Shown piece after piece: positions 1 to 12,600 of a stretch of 63,296 nt of DNA. Each line of letters begins with the position of its first letter. Within the stretch, counting starts at the first letter, position 1. The position numbers and the translations under genes were made by a program. Below the pieces are notes generated by a model. That model did no database searches. It was not told the origin of the DNA and worked only from the letters and a program-made list of their open reading frames with translations. Source of the stretch: Intoshia linei (lineage: Eukaryota > Animalia > Orthonectida); NCBI GenBank assembly GCA_001642005.1, contig LWCA01000067.1, positions 1-63,296 on the forward strand. Reading direction: 5' to 3'.

Positions 1-1248
1 GTTAATTATGTAGTAAATGAAAAACAAATCAGAATATTTTTTACAACTAAACGGCTACTAATGATGGTTAGTGAGGGAATTTATATTCAGACTGATGCAA
101 CCTATAAGCTGATATGGCAAAGATATCCTGTTCTAGTAGCAGGTACGTCGGACATGAATAGAAGATTTCATCCAGTTGGCTTAGCAGTTACCACTGAAGA
201 AAAAACCGAAGACTACGAATTTCTTTTTAAATCTATTAAATTGGGAATGCTTCAATTGGACATTGCAAAAGAATTCAATATTCTTGTCGCTGATGCAAGT
301 TATGCTGTAACTAATGGTTTGGGACCCGAGAACGCGTATTTATTGTTATTTTCACGTGGTGAAATCTTTTGATAAGCATAAAAAATTCAGAGTCTTATCA
401 AACCAAGACAGACTAAATATCCGTTTAGACATTGGTTTATTACAAATTTGTTATTCAAAATCTCTTTTTACATTGGCTAAGAGGCTGTTCATTGAAAAAT
501 GGAGTCAACGTGGACCTGATGCCTTAGAGTTTATTGAATAACTTAAATTACAGTGGTTGACTGAAAGGAGGTTGAGGGTGGTATGAAGGATACGCTATGA
601 ATATCCCATCTACAAACAATAGATTGGAATCGACAAATGCTGTTATTAAAAACACCGTTATTAGAATAACCCGTTTGCCATTTAATATATTTACAAAATC
701 GATCGAAGAAAAATTGCTCAATGTTTGGTAGTCTGAACGAAAAAATGGCTCTTATAAGCATTTACCAACATTTAACACTAAAATATGGACTAAAGCTTAT
801 AAATGGGTAAAATCGAATAAACCCTTAATTTCAAGTGGTTGGAAATATTATACTCCTCTAAAAGATATCGAATTTAATCAAATAATTGTAAATACTTTTC
901 GTCACAACATGGAAAATTTAGTGATATGAGATTTTGCGGAGTAATTAATCGTATTTTTAATATGAATACTTAATATAAGTAGTATAATAAATAATATTAT
1001 TTTAGTTATTGTGACATGATTACCAAAATAGCATACATAAATATTGACGAATTAACTTGGGAAAAATCAACATGTACTTGCAGAAATTTTCTTAAGGAAT
1101 ATGTATGTTCCCACACCCTGGGTGTATGTATATAACTGAAAATTTCTGGATGCATAATTCCAAGAGAAGCGCGATTTCTACTTTTGCAGAAAAAGAGAAA
1201 GCGAGGTAGACCTACATTAATTAGATCAGCTCTTATTAGAGATAATTA
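1..1248 (+). pseudogene. Degenerate Mutator-like (MULE) transposase inside G-alpha-o intron 6
   Basis: Fragments in successive frames give QTDATYKL..YPVLVAGTSD..FHPVGLAV (MULE DDE core), LVADAS..VTNG, IYCYFHVVK, a SWIM finger CTCRNFLKEYVCSH (~1072-1113) and an AT-hook-like KRKRGRP (~1192-1213). Several frameshifts and stops. Confidence 0.85.
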
Positions 1249-1591
1249 ATTGTGCATTAATGTATTTGTAAATAAATGTATATGCTTTATTTAATTAATT
1301 TGTGACCATTCGTAGTCTATTTCATCAGGTTTTATAAAACATTAATAAGTTTTTTATATTTCGTTAGGTTTAAAATTAATTTACTTTCCAAATTTTAACA
1401 GTTGTATCGTAACTCTTATCTCAAAAAGGTTAAAAAAAATAATCTTTCAAATATTCACCAATTTAATAAAAAATGTACAAAATTGTGCCCTTAAAGTTTA
1501 AACCATTGCAAAATTTTGTAAAAATTAAGATTTAATTTTTAAAAACTATTATAAATATAAGCAATATTACTGATCTATAAATATTGATAAT

Positions 1592-1712
1592 AAAAAAATA
1601 ATCTTAAAAACCCCCCTGAAAGTTTGGTTCAAAAAAAAATCTTAAAAGCCCCCCCTTGAAAGTTTGGTTCAAAAAATAATCTTAAAAACCCCTCTTGAAA
1701 TTTTTGTTCAAA
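1592..1712. repeat. Three tandem copies of a ~40-bp unit (AAAAAATAATCTTAAAAACCCCCCTGAAAGTTTGGTTC)
   Basis: Direct repeats read in the sequence. Confidence 0.85.
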
Positions 1713-1858
1713 ACAATATTACTGCTAAATTTAAAAAATAATACTGTCAATTTGTGTTAAATGTTACTGCTACTTTTATAAATCTAATGCTCATTTTATT
1801 ATTTCTACTGCTACTTTAAGAAAATTAACTGCTAGTTTAAATTAAATGAATAAAATAC

Positions 1859-4800
1859 TGTTGCATCATCTTCATGTAAAACTTGATCATATTCACTTAA
1901 AGCGACACAAAATATTATAGCAGTAACATCTTCAAAGCAGTGTATCCATTTTTTTCTTTCACTTCGTTGGCCACCAACATCGAACATTCTAATTTTATAT
2001 ATTATTATGCTATAAAAATAGGTGTACTCGAACATTTTAATTATTGTTGTCGGTAAAAATTTATTTACGTTTTTTCGTTTTACGTTTTATTTCAGGAATT
2101 AGCAAACTTATGATGATAACGGACCGGATGGTAGATTCTGATGATTTGGCGGACAGTACACATTAAAAATTTAATTAATATCAATATAAAGTAAAACGTT
2201 TCCCCTTTCCCATCACCGCTTTTAGATTGAATTAGAATACAGATTAATAATTATTAAAAAATTCCAAAAGAATGAATTATTAGATTTTCACCCATATTTC
2301 TTTATTGGAAATGTGTAGACGTTCAATGCACATTTTTTGAAATTGTAGATTTACATTTTCAATTTTTATTTTAATCGAAATAATTTGAAAAATATTGGTT
2401 GAATATATTAATTAATTATTTTTTATCGGGAATGCGTAGATTTCTCGGGTTAAACTTTTGTATTTATATCAACTGCAATAATCTCTATCAGAATAATTTT
2501 TTGTTTAATTTTCGGACCGTTAATTATTTCACATTTTTTGTTTTAATAAAATATTTCGGAAAAAAAATATATGAATATTAAAATGCTTTTTTGACCGTGA
2601 AGTCATCACTTATTCGGATTAAAAATTTTTATGTGTGTTAACAGGATACAACTGTAACAGCTGTAAATTTTTTGAAATTATAAGGCTGTTTTCATTAAAA
2701 AAAGAAAGGTAATTTGGGGTTTTGGCTCTGAAGATATAATTTTTTTATATTCTCCAACTCGTTTAATTTTCAAAAAGAGGGACAACTGGGGTTTTTAACC
2801 CGTAAGATGTGAAATTGGGAGGTTTAAATTATGTTTGCGCACACCTGCGGAAAAAACTGTAATTGAAATGTGGACTTTATAAAATTCTAAGAAGGGTAGT
2901 TATTTAAATACAGCGTAACACACAGACACACACACAAACAAAAATCGCGTAGCATATTATATAAGTTAAGAATCCTAACTTAGGTTTGCTAATAAATATG
3001 AATTTTACTGCTAATTCTAAGCCAAATTTTAGTTGTTCACTTTACAAATCAATGACATTTAAATATATGCTAACATTTATAATTATAATATGAAAATATT
3101 TTCTAGAGATTTAAATTGTCAATTTTTACTCAAGGACCTTGAGTCAAGGTGTGTTGAAAATAAAATGCACACTTGCACTTAGATATAGATTTAGACTTAA
3201 CACTATAATTTCATTATTGGAATGTTTTCATTTTTTAATTATTTTCTATAGAGATTTAAATTTTAAAATTATACTCAAGGTGTGTTGAAAATAAAATGAA
3301 CAACATGCACTTAGTCTAAGTGCAAGTTTAAGTTTAGACTTTAATTTAAATACAGTATCTAATTCGTCAAAAATTTTATTTACAAGAATGAAACAAATTA
3401 AATTCATTTGAAATATAAGTGATATTTCAAGCATACTTTATAGAAGTGGTTTTCAAATGTTCTGTATTCGCAACCCCTTATGAACATAAAACATTTTCGC
3501 GACCGAAAAATTTTCTATATATTTCAAACATAATATCAAGTGACATAAATAAAATTATTATCAAAGCATTAACAGTTTTATTTTTTATAGTAAATAAAGT
3601 AAATTTATTATCCATCTGCCTTATTAAACCTTTACGTTATCTTTTGCATTAATTAATTTATTTAAAACTTACCTACATAAAATCGTAACTAATTTTGAAA
3701 AATAGTTTTAAAACTTTTAGTTTTATATTTTAAATCAATCGCGAGTAAGATAATACCAAGTTGTGGAGAGAATACTGTATTCAATATAAAGTCGAAATTA
3801 AAAGATAAAATCACTGAAAGGTTTTTATAACAAATATACATTATACGCTACATCAGCGTTTTCCAAATACCGGTCCGCGGACCAGTACTGGTCCGTCAAA
3901 TTTTTACTAATAACAAGTTCATTTAATACATTTTTTATCAAATTTTTTTAAGGTCGCCTAGTAATTTCGCTTTAATGGTCCGAGATAAATTTTATAATTT
4001 ATTACCGGTTTGCAGTCAAAAAAGTGTGGGAACTCTTGCACTACATTATTTACAAAATCTATCCACAATTAAATACGTTATTTCGACGTATCATCCCATC
4101 ATTTTTATTAGATATGACACTCGCGACTCTGATTAGAAGTTGTTAACTATGTGATTAAAAATTAAGTATTGATAACTTTTATGGCGGTTTTTCTAGATGT
4201 TTAAAAAATTTTAGTCTGTAACACACACTTTGTATATTAAATGAATATTATTATTATTATAAATTTACCTAAATCGTAAATTTTTAAATGTAAAATGAAC
4301 TTCGACAATTCCAGTAGTTTTAACACGGGTACGTAAAATGTCTTGTTCGTTAGGAGAATAATCATTTTTCGATATTCTGTCAATATCATCCAGAAAACTA
4401 AAAAATTAAAAATATTTTAAAAAAATATTTGATAAAAATGTTACTATTTGGCGGAATCGTTAAGTTGATATTCATTGGAACGACTAAAGCAGGTTTTGAC
4501 GCCTTCGTCAGTCCATAAAGACTTTATGGCATATTTTAATTCATTGGAAAAAGGTTCAGTGTCTTCCAAACGCAATATAACATCCAATAGTAAATTAGCG
4601 TTAGACTAATTATGATTTAAAAATCTTTAAAAATTCCTAATTTTACCTCATTTAATGGATCATTATATATTATCAGTAAATGCGGCATAGCTCGAATTAT
4701 TGCAGCTAGAGATTGTATGGTATTGCTATAAACAACTGGTTTATATTGCCTATTATCTTCTTCAGTAAATCCTCCCTCGTGTATAATTCTAAAGATTAAA

Positions 4801-5029
4801 TATAAAAATATAAAGCATTTACTGTAAAATTACTTCATTTGTTTAACAATTGTACTTTTACCAGATTCTCCAGCTCCTATAAATCATTAACCAAGTATAT
4901 TACGTAATTACCCAATAAAAGCAGTTTAATATCTTTGGAAGCTTTCATACCATCTTCTTTGAGATTTTTATCTATAAATTTACTTCTTGCTTTGTTTTGC
5001 CTATCATTTTTTGTCATGGCACATCCCAT
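1859..5029 (-). CDS. GNAO1: Heterotrimeric G protein alpha-o subunit, exons 1-6 (C-terminal exons lie left of the window)
   Basis: Exons 4912-5029, 4834-4876, 4647-4788, 4445-4605, 4269-4397 and 1859-1988 join at GT-AG in frame. Product has MGC start, [58 protein letters not shown] and [38 protein letters not shown]; these residues are Go-type rather than Gi-type. Confidence 0.95.
2255..2971 (-). mobile_element. Non-autonomous Helitron-like family copy (5' end at 2971)
   Basis: Shares sequence with copies at 42015-42810, 47639-47955, 55055-55496 and 60850-61301. The minus-strand 5' end reads TCTTAACTTATATAAT followed by a GT-rich microsatellite-like tract. Confidence 0.75.
3060..3500 (+). 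repeat. Copy of the internal region of the hAT-like element at 58500-59540, lacking the nested insert
   Basis: Near-identical to 58710-58845 plus 59313-59440, with a single CTAATTCG at the junction. Confidence 0.8.
3854..4038. mobile_element. hAT (Charlie/Buster-type) MITE
   Basis: Ends CAGCGTTTTCCAAA ... GTGTGGGAACTCTTG; 8-bp TSD CGCTACAT/CACTACAT; same family as 18707-18871 and 19172-19282. Confidence 0.8.
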
Positions 5030-6673
5030 GTTTAAATAAAAAAATTCAAATATTCACACTATAATTTATTAAAAAATTAAATACCAAATTATTTAAATTT
5101 TAGATTTATTTTAATAAATAGAGATGATTTTAGACGTAGACATTGGAAATGTAAAATTTAGACATTCAATTTATAATACTGCAAATATCGAATTATTGAT
5201 ACTGTAGTATATTACTAAATATTTTGTAATATGAAATGATACATTGAATGTGAAAACTACGCAAAAAGGAAACATGGGTTGTTTCTTAGTGCCTAACCTA
5301 CAAAAAAAATCAATATTCTAAATTTTACAATATTTTACACTGGTTTCAATCGATAAAATAATTTCAATATTAAATTTTAAGCAGTTTAATTATTTTTATT
5401 TGTTAGTACATTTATCGATGTATTTGATATAGAGCCTGGGAATCAATTAAAATTGGCAGTTATTGCAGTCAACCCCAGCAATTACTCATCAGATTCACTC
5501 TTTTATTAGTTACGTATGTAAAAGTAATGAATTGTTATTGTACATTTTATAATATATTCTTTGTACTATCGTTGTATGTTTCCTTTTTGACAGGTTTAAT
5601 TTTTTGCATTATCAAATATTTTATAAATAAACTCACACTAAGTTTGATAAATTGATATAACGATTAGAATAATTTTTAATTTTATTCTTGATATTATGGA
5701 TAAGTTATAAATTGAATAATATAAACTATCTTTTCAACTATATACAATTGTAGTTGTATAAGTAACTTTTCATTATATTTTATTTTTTTAATAACCAGTA
5801 TTAATAAAAATGTATTATATATTTACAGAAAAGCTCTGTAACACTGCTCGATTCAATAACAATCCAAAACTCTTCTTGTTGTGATCGTGTGGATGAGATT
5901 TTGAAAGATCGTATTCGTGTTCGTTTGGTTTACTTCTGAATGATTGTTATAGATTAAAATTTAAAGTTAGTGACTTTTAAATTTACTTTAAATTTACAAA
6001 AATTGCTGACGCTCTGTTGTAAAAAATTGAATTATAGTAAGGTAATTGGATATAAAAAATTATTGTTAAATCTTATCCGGATAAATCAATTATTGTGTTT
6101 GTTAATTGTTAAATCACATAAAGCAGAAATGTCATTCCTAATGGCATCCCATCATTTCAAACTAAAATATAATATCATTTGGTTGATTTAGTATCGATTA
6201 TTTTTTATATGGTAGACAACCAAATAATGCCTTTATTTTAAAAACATTAAATTTCTATATCACAGGTCGACAACCTCCTTAATGTCAATTTTGAACTGAT
6301 GAATTGGACATTTAAAACCATATCCGAATTGTAATTTAGATCAGCGTTTCACAATCTTTTCAGTTTTGCGACCGGTGACATGTAAAAATATTTTTAGACA
6401 GGTGTTCCTTATATTTAATTTTAACACGTTAATTTTTATAATGAAAGGTATATAATATATATAAGGAGTATATTTTTTGATTGCGACCTGCAAAAATAAG
6501 GTCACTCTATTTACAAATTTAGTGTTAGAAAATTAACGCATGGGGTTTCGATGTGTTCAATTATTCGCACAAAATATTTATCGATTGCAATAGAAATTCA
6601 TGAAATATTTATAAAAAAATTTGTGGTATTTACGTTAGGGATAGAAAGTCTTTATATTTTAAATAAATTTTTA

Positions 6674-9600
6674 TTAATTTAATAATAGAAATAGTACATT
6701 TGTAAATTTCAACTGTCCTTGTGTAGGTAGAAAACTAAATTTGTCATACAAATGTTTACCATAAAATCTGGAAACTGATGTATATTCTGGTTTAGTTTGT
6801 ATAAAATTCTAAAATAATGAAATCATTTAATAAAACCTTTTTTGTGTCATGAATCTTACCTAGTCTTTACTTATATAGAATTGAATGTCTGTGAATCTGT
6901 GAGTCTTAGAATTTAAATAAACCCAATTTTTAATACAGTTTTTCGCAGAGGAATTTTATATCTATTCAGTTTCAGAATTTGAGTCCTTCAGGGTCAAAAA
7001 CACAATTTCCCCTTTTGTAAAAATAAAATCAGCCCAAAAATTTAATAATACTCACACTAGAACCGAAAACAGCTTCAACGGTTTTTTAAAATCTTTCGTT
7101 GGTTGGCTTATTACAACCATTTACTAAAAACCGATCTACACCTGATATAATTATAAAAACTAAAAATTTTCATGACTTTTCTGTTACAAAAATTTTAAAT
7201 AAATATAAATAAATTACCTGTACATTATTTTCATTATTAAATAAAACTTTTAATAAATATATGAAATCATTCAATGTTTGATTTAACGGTGTTGCATCTC
7301 CAAGTATAAATGATTTCAACTTTATGTCATCTTCATCCATCAGTTTTAAGGTTGGCCAAATATATTGAGAAATTGCAAATTTTTTAGTATCTTTTTCTCG
7401 TGAAAAAAATAGTTCAAACACCTAATATCAAAATATATTAATCCATACAACTTAAATATATCTCAACCTGACCATTTTCAAATATATAATGAATATTACA
7501 ATGAGTGCTGTGAAATAATGAAAATACAACAATGAAATCTTAATATTCTATTTATCTTTAATAGTTAGTTTTTAAGCAATACAGTCATTAATTAATTCAT
7601 ATTCAGTGATTATAGAAAAAAATAAAAAAATATTTTATCATTAATTTTTTAAGCCAAGTTGTTCTTAATTCGGAATTAATTAAATAAATATTTGCCATCA
7701 ATTACACATTTATTTGAAATTTGGGATTCTTAGATTTCAATGATTGAGATTAGATTTGGAAAATATTAATCTAAAAACTGAAACTCTGAAATCATGATTA
7801 ATATCAAATAATTTATCCAATTTTTTTTTATCAATCTAGTTAAAACAAGGCTCTAATCCAAATCAACCCTACACGATGAGTTGGAATTTAAAAAAATTAA
7901 TTCACCAATAAAGTCAAACAAATATAAACTTAAAAATATTATTATTATTTATATCACTACAGTACATTATACTTATTATAATGAAATAAAAACCTCCTTA
8001 ACATAATCCAATCCAAATTCTTTACGTTGTTCAATTTTGACATGTTCAAGCATAGCATATCCGATAGTCCAACAAACGACTAAGCATGCATAGTTATGTG
8101 TTGAAATTTTGACATCATTTCGAGAAATTTTGGGTATATTTCTCAAAATTTGAATTAAATCATTAGTAAAACTACTTTTATCGGATTGGTAGCTAATAAA
8201 AATAACTTTTAATAAAACTTTTTCGAATGGATTAAAAATATTTAAATTGTATTTATTAACTTCATTTGAAGGAGACATAATTTTGGATTTAAAGTCAACT
8301 AAATTAACTTTTTCTTTGAGGTAATTGCTATTGATCAAACTTAAAGCTGATTCTATTATTAAGTATACTACATAGTAATCTTTTTCGTGAGCCGATGTAA
8401 TGTTTTTAATTAACATTTTTTTTATGTCTTCCAAAAAACTTGGCAATGATTCGTCCTTTTTGATATTACCCATGGTGTATATTAGTTCAAATATTAAGAT
8501 GAAATTTGATACACTAAATTCATTAAATTTTAGAATTAATAAATTTCAAGTTACCGAATACAAAATATAATTTAAAACAATATTAACAAATAACCTAGAA
8601 AAAGTAAAGGTTTATTAAATAGTTTGAAAATGGGTTCCACAACTTTATAAAATGAACAGACCTGAACTAATTATCTCTATACATTCTATTTAAAAATTAA
8701 TTTTTTTCATTTTCAGTAATTTAGCACTCATTTGGGAAAAACTGCTCTAAAAGGTACACAATTATGTTAAAAAAAAGAAAAAAATTTAATGCCTAAAACA
8801 ATCCTTTAAATCCCAAGAAAAATTAAAAACACTATATACTGTACTAGCTTGGCTGTTTTTTACTTAATACCAACAATACATAGCTCTGCCTAAGGTGGAT
8901 TTTTCTACTTCTACAAAAAAATAAAATCTTATTAAAAATGTCACTATTCACTATAACCAATATTTTAAAGTAATGGTTCCCAAACGTTTCCAAACAATAT
9001 TGTATTTGTAAATTCTGGGACCATTGATTATATTAAATTTTTTGTTTTACAATAATGTTAATTAATTTCCAAAAAAAAAAGTGGTAAAAACAAAGTATAA
9101 AAAACTTTAAAAACCCTGTTTAAAATTTGGAAAAAAATTCCCGTGATTCTTGTGTGTTAAATGCAGATAACTGTATGAACTGTAATTGTCTTTAAAATTG
9201 CAGGAGTATTTTCATTTTTTTAACAAATGTTTTTTGGTTTTTGGGCCGGACAATGTATTATTTTTTTTAAATTTGAAAAATATTTAATTCTAGCTTGATT
9301 TTCACAAAAAAATAATTGGGGTTTTGACCGGTATAATGCGAGTTTCTGAGATTGAAATGTATCCTACTTTCACGCCCGGTAAAAATTATAAAAATGTGAC
9401 ATTTTTAGAATTCTAAGATTCTTAGTTATTGAAATAAACGATAGCACACAGGCAAACAAAAAGGTTTATATAAATCAGAATAGGTCGCAAAACAATTTCA
9501 AATAAAATCAAAATTAAGCAAAAAGGTCAACAGAACAATTATGAATGTAAAACAATACCTAATAGATCCATCCGCATAAACTTGAGCCAAAGACTTGAAA

Positions 9601-12600
9601 AATTTGAGATAATATCCACTTTCTAAAACAAAGAGACTTTTCAAAATAGAATATTTAGCAAAATGGTACAATAATTTTGGTTTGTCATCAAATTTTGTGT
9701 TTTTAAACAAAATGATTCGTAATTGCGGCATAAAAATTTTCAAAAATTTTGAATAGAACTGAATAGCATCAGTCATAAACATGTACAATTCAGTAAACAA
9801 CACACAATTATTAAACTCTCCTATACACCTAATAATTGGTCCAAAGATTTTCAAAATAGATTTCTGATTCAACAACCTGCTTTGAACAACATTAATAAAC
9901 TTGTGCATTTCAATAGTGGTATCAGTTAAATTTTGAACATTAAGAGTAAATCCACGCACTTGTTTATAAGTGACATTAAACAACCTAATATAGAAATCAA
10001 ATATAGTATCAATAATTTTGTTGACTACAAAAATTTCAAACAATGTTTCATTTGATTTAATGGCAGATAGTTCTGTATTTTTTACGATTGGAAAAAAAGA
10101 AATAAGGGTTGAGTCGTCGACATTTTCAAAGATGTTGATCAATAGGTTAATATGCAAGCCTTTCTGGTCGACTAGTATCATTTTCAAGATGAGTTGAACA
10201 ATTTGTTGTACATTATTAGTGTTTATTTTAACATTATTAAAAATTGTCGTTATACTATCAATTAATAAATCGGAAAATACCATTTCTGTTTTTGAAATTT
10301 CATTAGTCAGTAATTTAAGTATAATTGAAAGCGTAAAGGCGTGTTTACCAGATTCTAAAGAAGATTTAACAATTTGATTCAAATACTCTGAAGTGACTTT
10401 AACTTGATTTGATTTTGGCTGATTAAGCAATATAATTTCCATCAAAGAAGGTAAAATATAATGAAAGGATTCACTCAAAGCATTTGGCATGCACATTAAT
10501 AAAATAAAAACATTATCCAAGTTTTTCTTGTTCAAAAAAAACAAAATTGTGTGCTGATTGTTTAAGTTGTATTTCTCAACAAAATTGCGTAAATTAATGA
10601 GTTGATTGTCATTAAACTGTAAAATATTTTCATTTCGTTTCATGGAAAAATTTATTTTTTTTAAATTATCAAATAATATATAAGTAACGCTATCAATGTC
10701 GTTTTTTTTAAATCCAGATATAACAGTTTTGAAAAAAATATGAGAATTAACCAATATTTTTTCGTCGTCGGATATTAAACCAAAAGATAAAAAGTGTACA
10801 AATTTAGCAAACGAAATGTTGATATTGTGCCGTTTAGATGTCGCAAATACGGTCGTTAAAATTGCAAAGAGAGCACAACTCGTATGACTTTGATCAATTT
10901 TTTTAATATTTTTCTCAAACAAATTTAAAAACTCTGCCGCACCACTAGTGTTTAATTTTTCAAATGTTATACGAAACATGCATCGAACAATTTCACACCA
11001 GTCATTTTTTTCCGAGTTGGCGCATTTCATTGAATCAAAGCCTTCGTTAATAAGATTTACAGATATCAATTTGAGCATAGTATTGGTATTTGGTACAATT
11101 ATCGACCATAATTTTCCAGAAATATCTCGAACTTGAAACACATCGTCAGCTGCGCATAACCATAAATTTGATAAAATACACTTCCATCGGTTTTGAATAA
11201 TGGCATACTCAGAGTTTAATAATTTGTTGACAAATGTACAAATTTCTAATCTTTTATTGAAAATGTTTTCTCCGCATAAATATACATCGTCTTCCAATTT
11301 ATCTAGGTTATCAGATTGTTCTGACTCTGAAAAAGTCATTAAAACACAATGAAAGAGTTTTAAAGCCAGTAGGCGAATTTTCCAATGTTTCCGGTTAATT
11401 AAATTATCCGAAACGACAAGAAGAATTTGACCAACCTGGTTTGATTTAATTTTTGATTTTTCAAATTTATCAATCTTTTCGTTTTCGATTTTAGTTTCAC
11501 TTTTTTCTTTGGAAAATTCCGACAAATACGGAAAAAATTTACAATAAATACGTACAATCGATACGGCAGTTTCACTAGAAATTGATCTAACCAAATCATC
11601 TTCAGAGAGCTGTTTATTTAAAGCAATTTTCAATAAATTTGAGACAAAATTAATATCTACAATTTCATTTTTGACAATTTCAACCTTTTTAAAAAGATAG
11701 GTAAATGTACTCAAAATACCACACACTAAACGCTTTTCAATGACAATTCCATCCATTTTACGATCTTGGTAAATGTTTACGTCTTGTAAGGCAAAATCGC
11801 TACTCTCTAATTTTTGCATAAACGTGTTTAATCTGTTTATAGCTTCAGGTTTTTCCATGTGAGTGATTGCCGCTGAAAATGAATGGGAAACACCACTAAT
11901 ACTGACCAATTTATCAAATTTATAAATTTGTTCATCAAACCAATTCATTAATTCATTTAAAACGTTACTTTTAAATTTTTCCGAAAAAAATTCTTTTCTG
12001 GAAAACAATGAACCAACAATTTTCGAAGCGGCAATCCGAATATCTGGCTGAGAGTTTACAATAATGAGTTTAATGATAGGAATCATTTCCGGTATAAAAT
12101 CTTCAATCAAAACATTGGTACAAACATGCAACATGAGATATAAAGACTGAGCGGCCATAAAGCGTACCTTTTGATTAGATTTGCAAGATAGCTCTCGTTT
12201 AATAATAGGAAGCATAAAAAACACACTAGCAATGTCTAACGTATGTGTAAATTGAGTTTCATTAAACTTTGCCAAATAATCTTGGGTTTTTAAATGGTCT
12301 TTTAGAGCAGTAACAATCAATGTCGACATTTTTTTAGTTTCAGGGTTTACAATGGTGGAACAAAGAGATTCTAAAGCATACGAAGCAGATTTATAAATTC
12401 TTTCATCGGGATTTTCAGTATACAATACCATAAGAGTTTCAATCAACGAAGGTAAAACTTTGACAAAATATCGAGGTTGACAATTTTTCATGGATCCAAT
12501 AGTGTAACAGACCGCATCAACACTTTTCCAATTGCTATTTTCATTCAATTTATCCTTTAAATGTGGCAAAAGAGTCGACACACCGTAGCCACTCATTTTG

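Noticed and set aside
1592-1712. CRISPR-like periodicity
   Set aside because: Contiguous tandem units with no unique spacers, eukaryotic context and no cas genes.
2110-2150. ATGATGA...CTGA box C/D-like motif and CTGATGA hammerhead-like motif
   Set aside because: Too short, antisense to the host gene, and lacking a terminal stem or a GAAA partner.
6864-7017. Apparent GCN1 exon (GEIVFLTLKDSNSETE)
   Set aside because: Contains stops and matches the Helitron-like repeat; the 7218 donor joins in frame to 6808 instead.
8555-8594. AG/GT-bounded 40-nt candidate exon in GCN1 intron 1
   Set aside because: Inclusion shifts the frame and hits a stop; direct joining of 9559 to 8513 is in frame.
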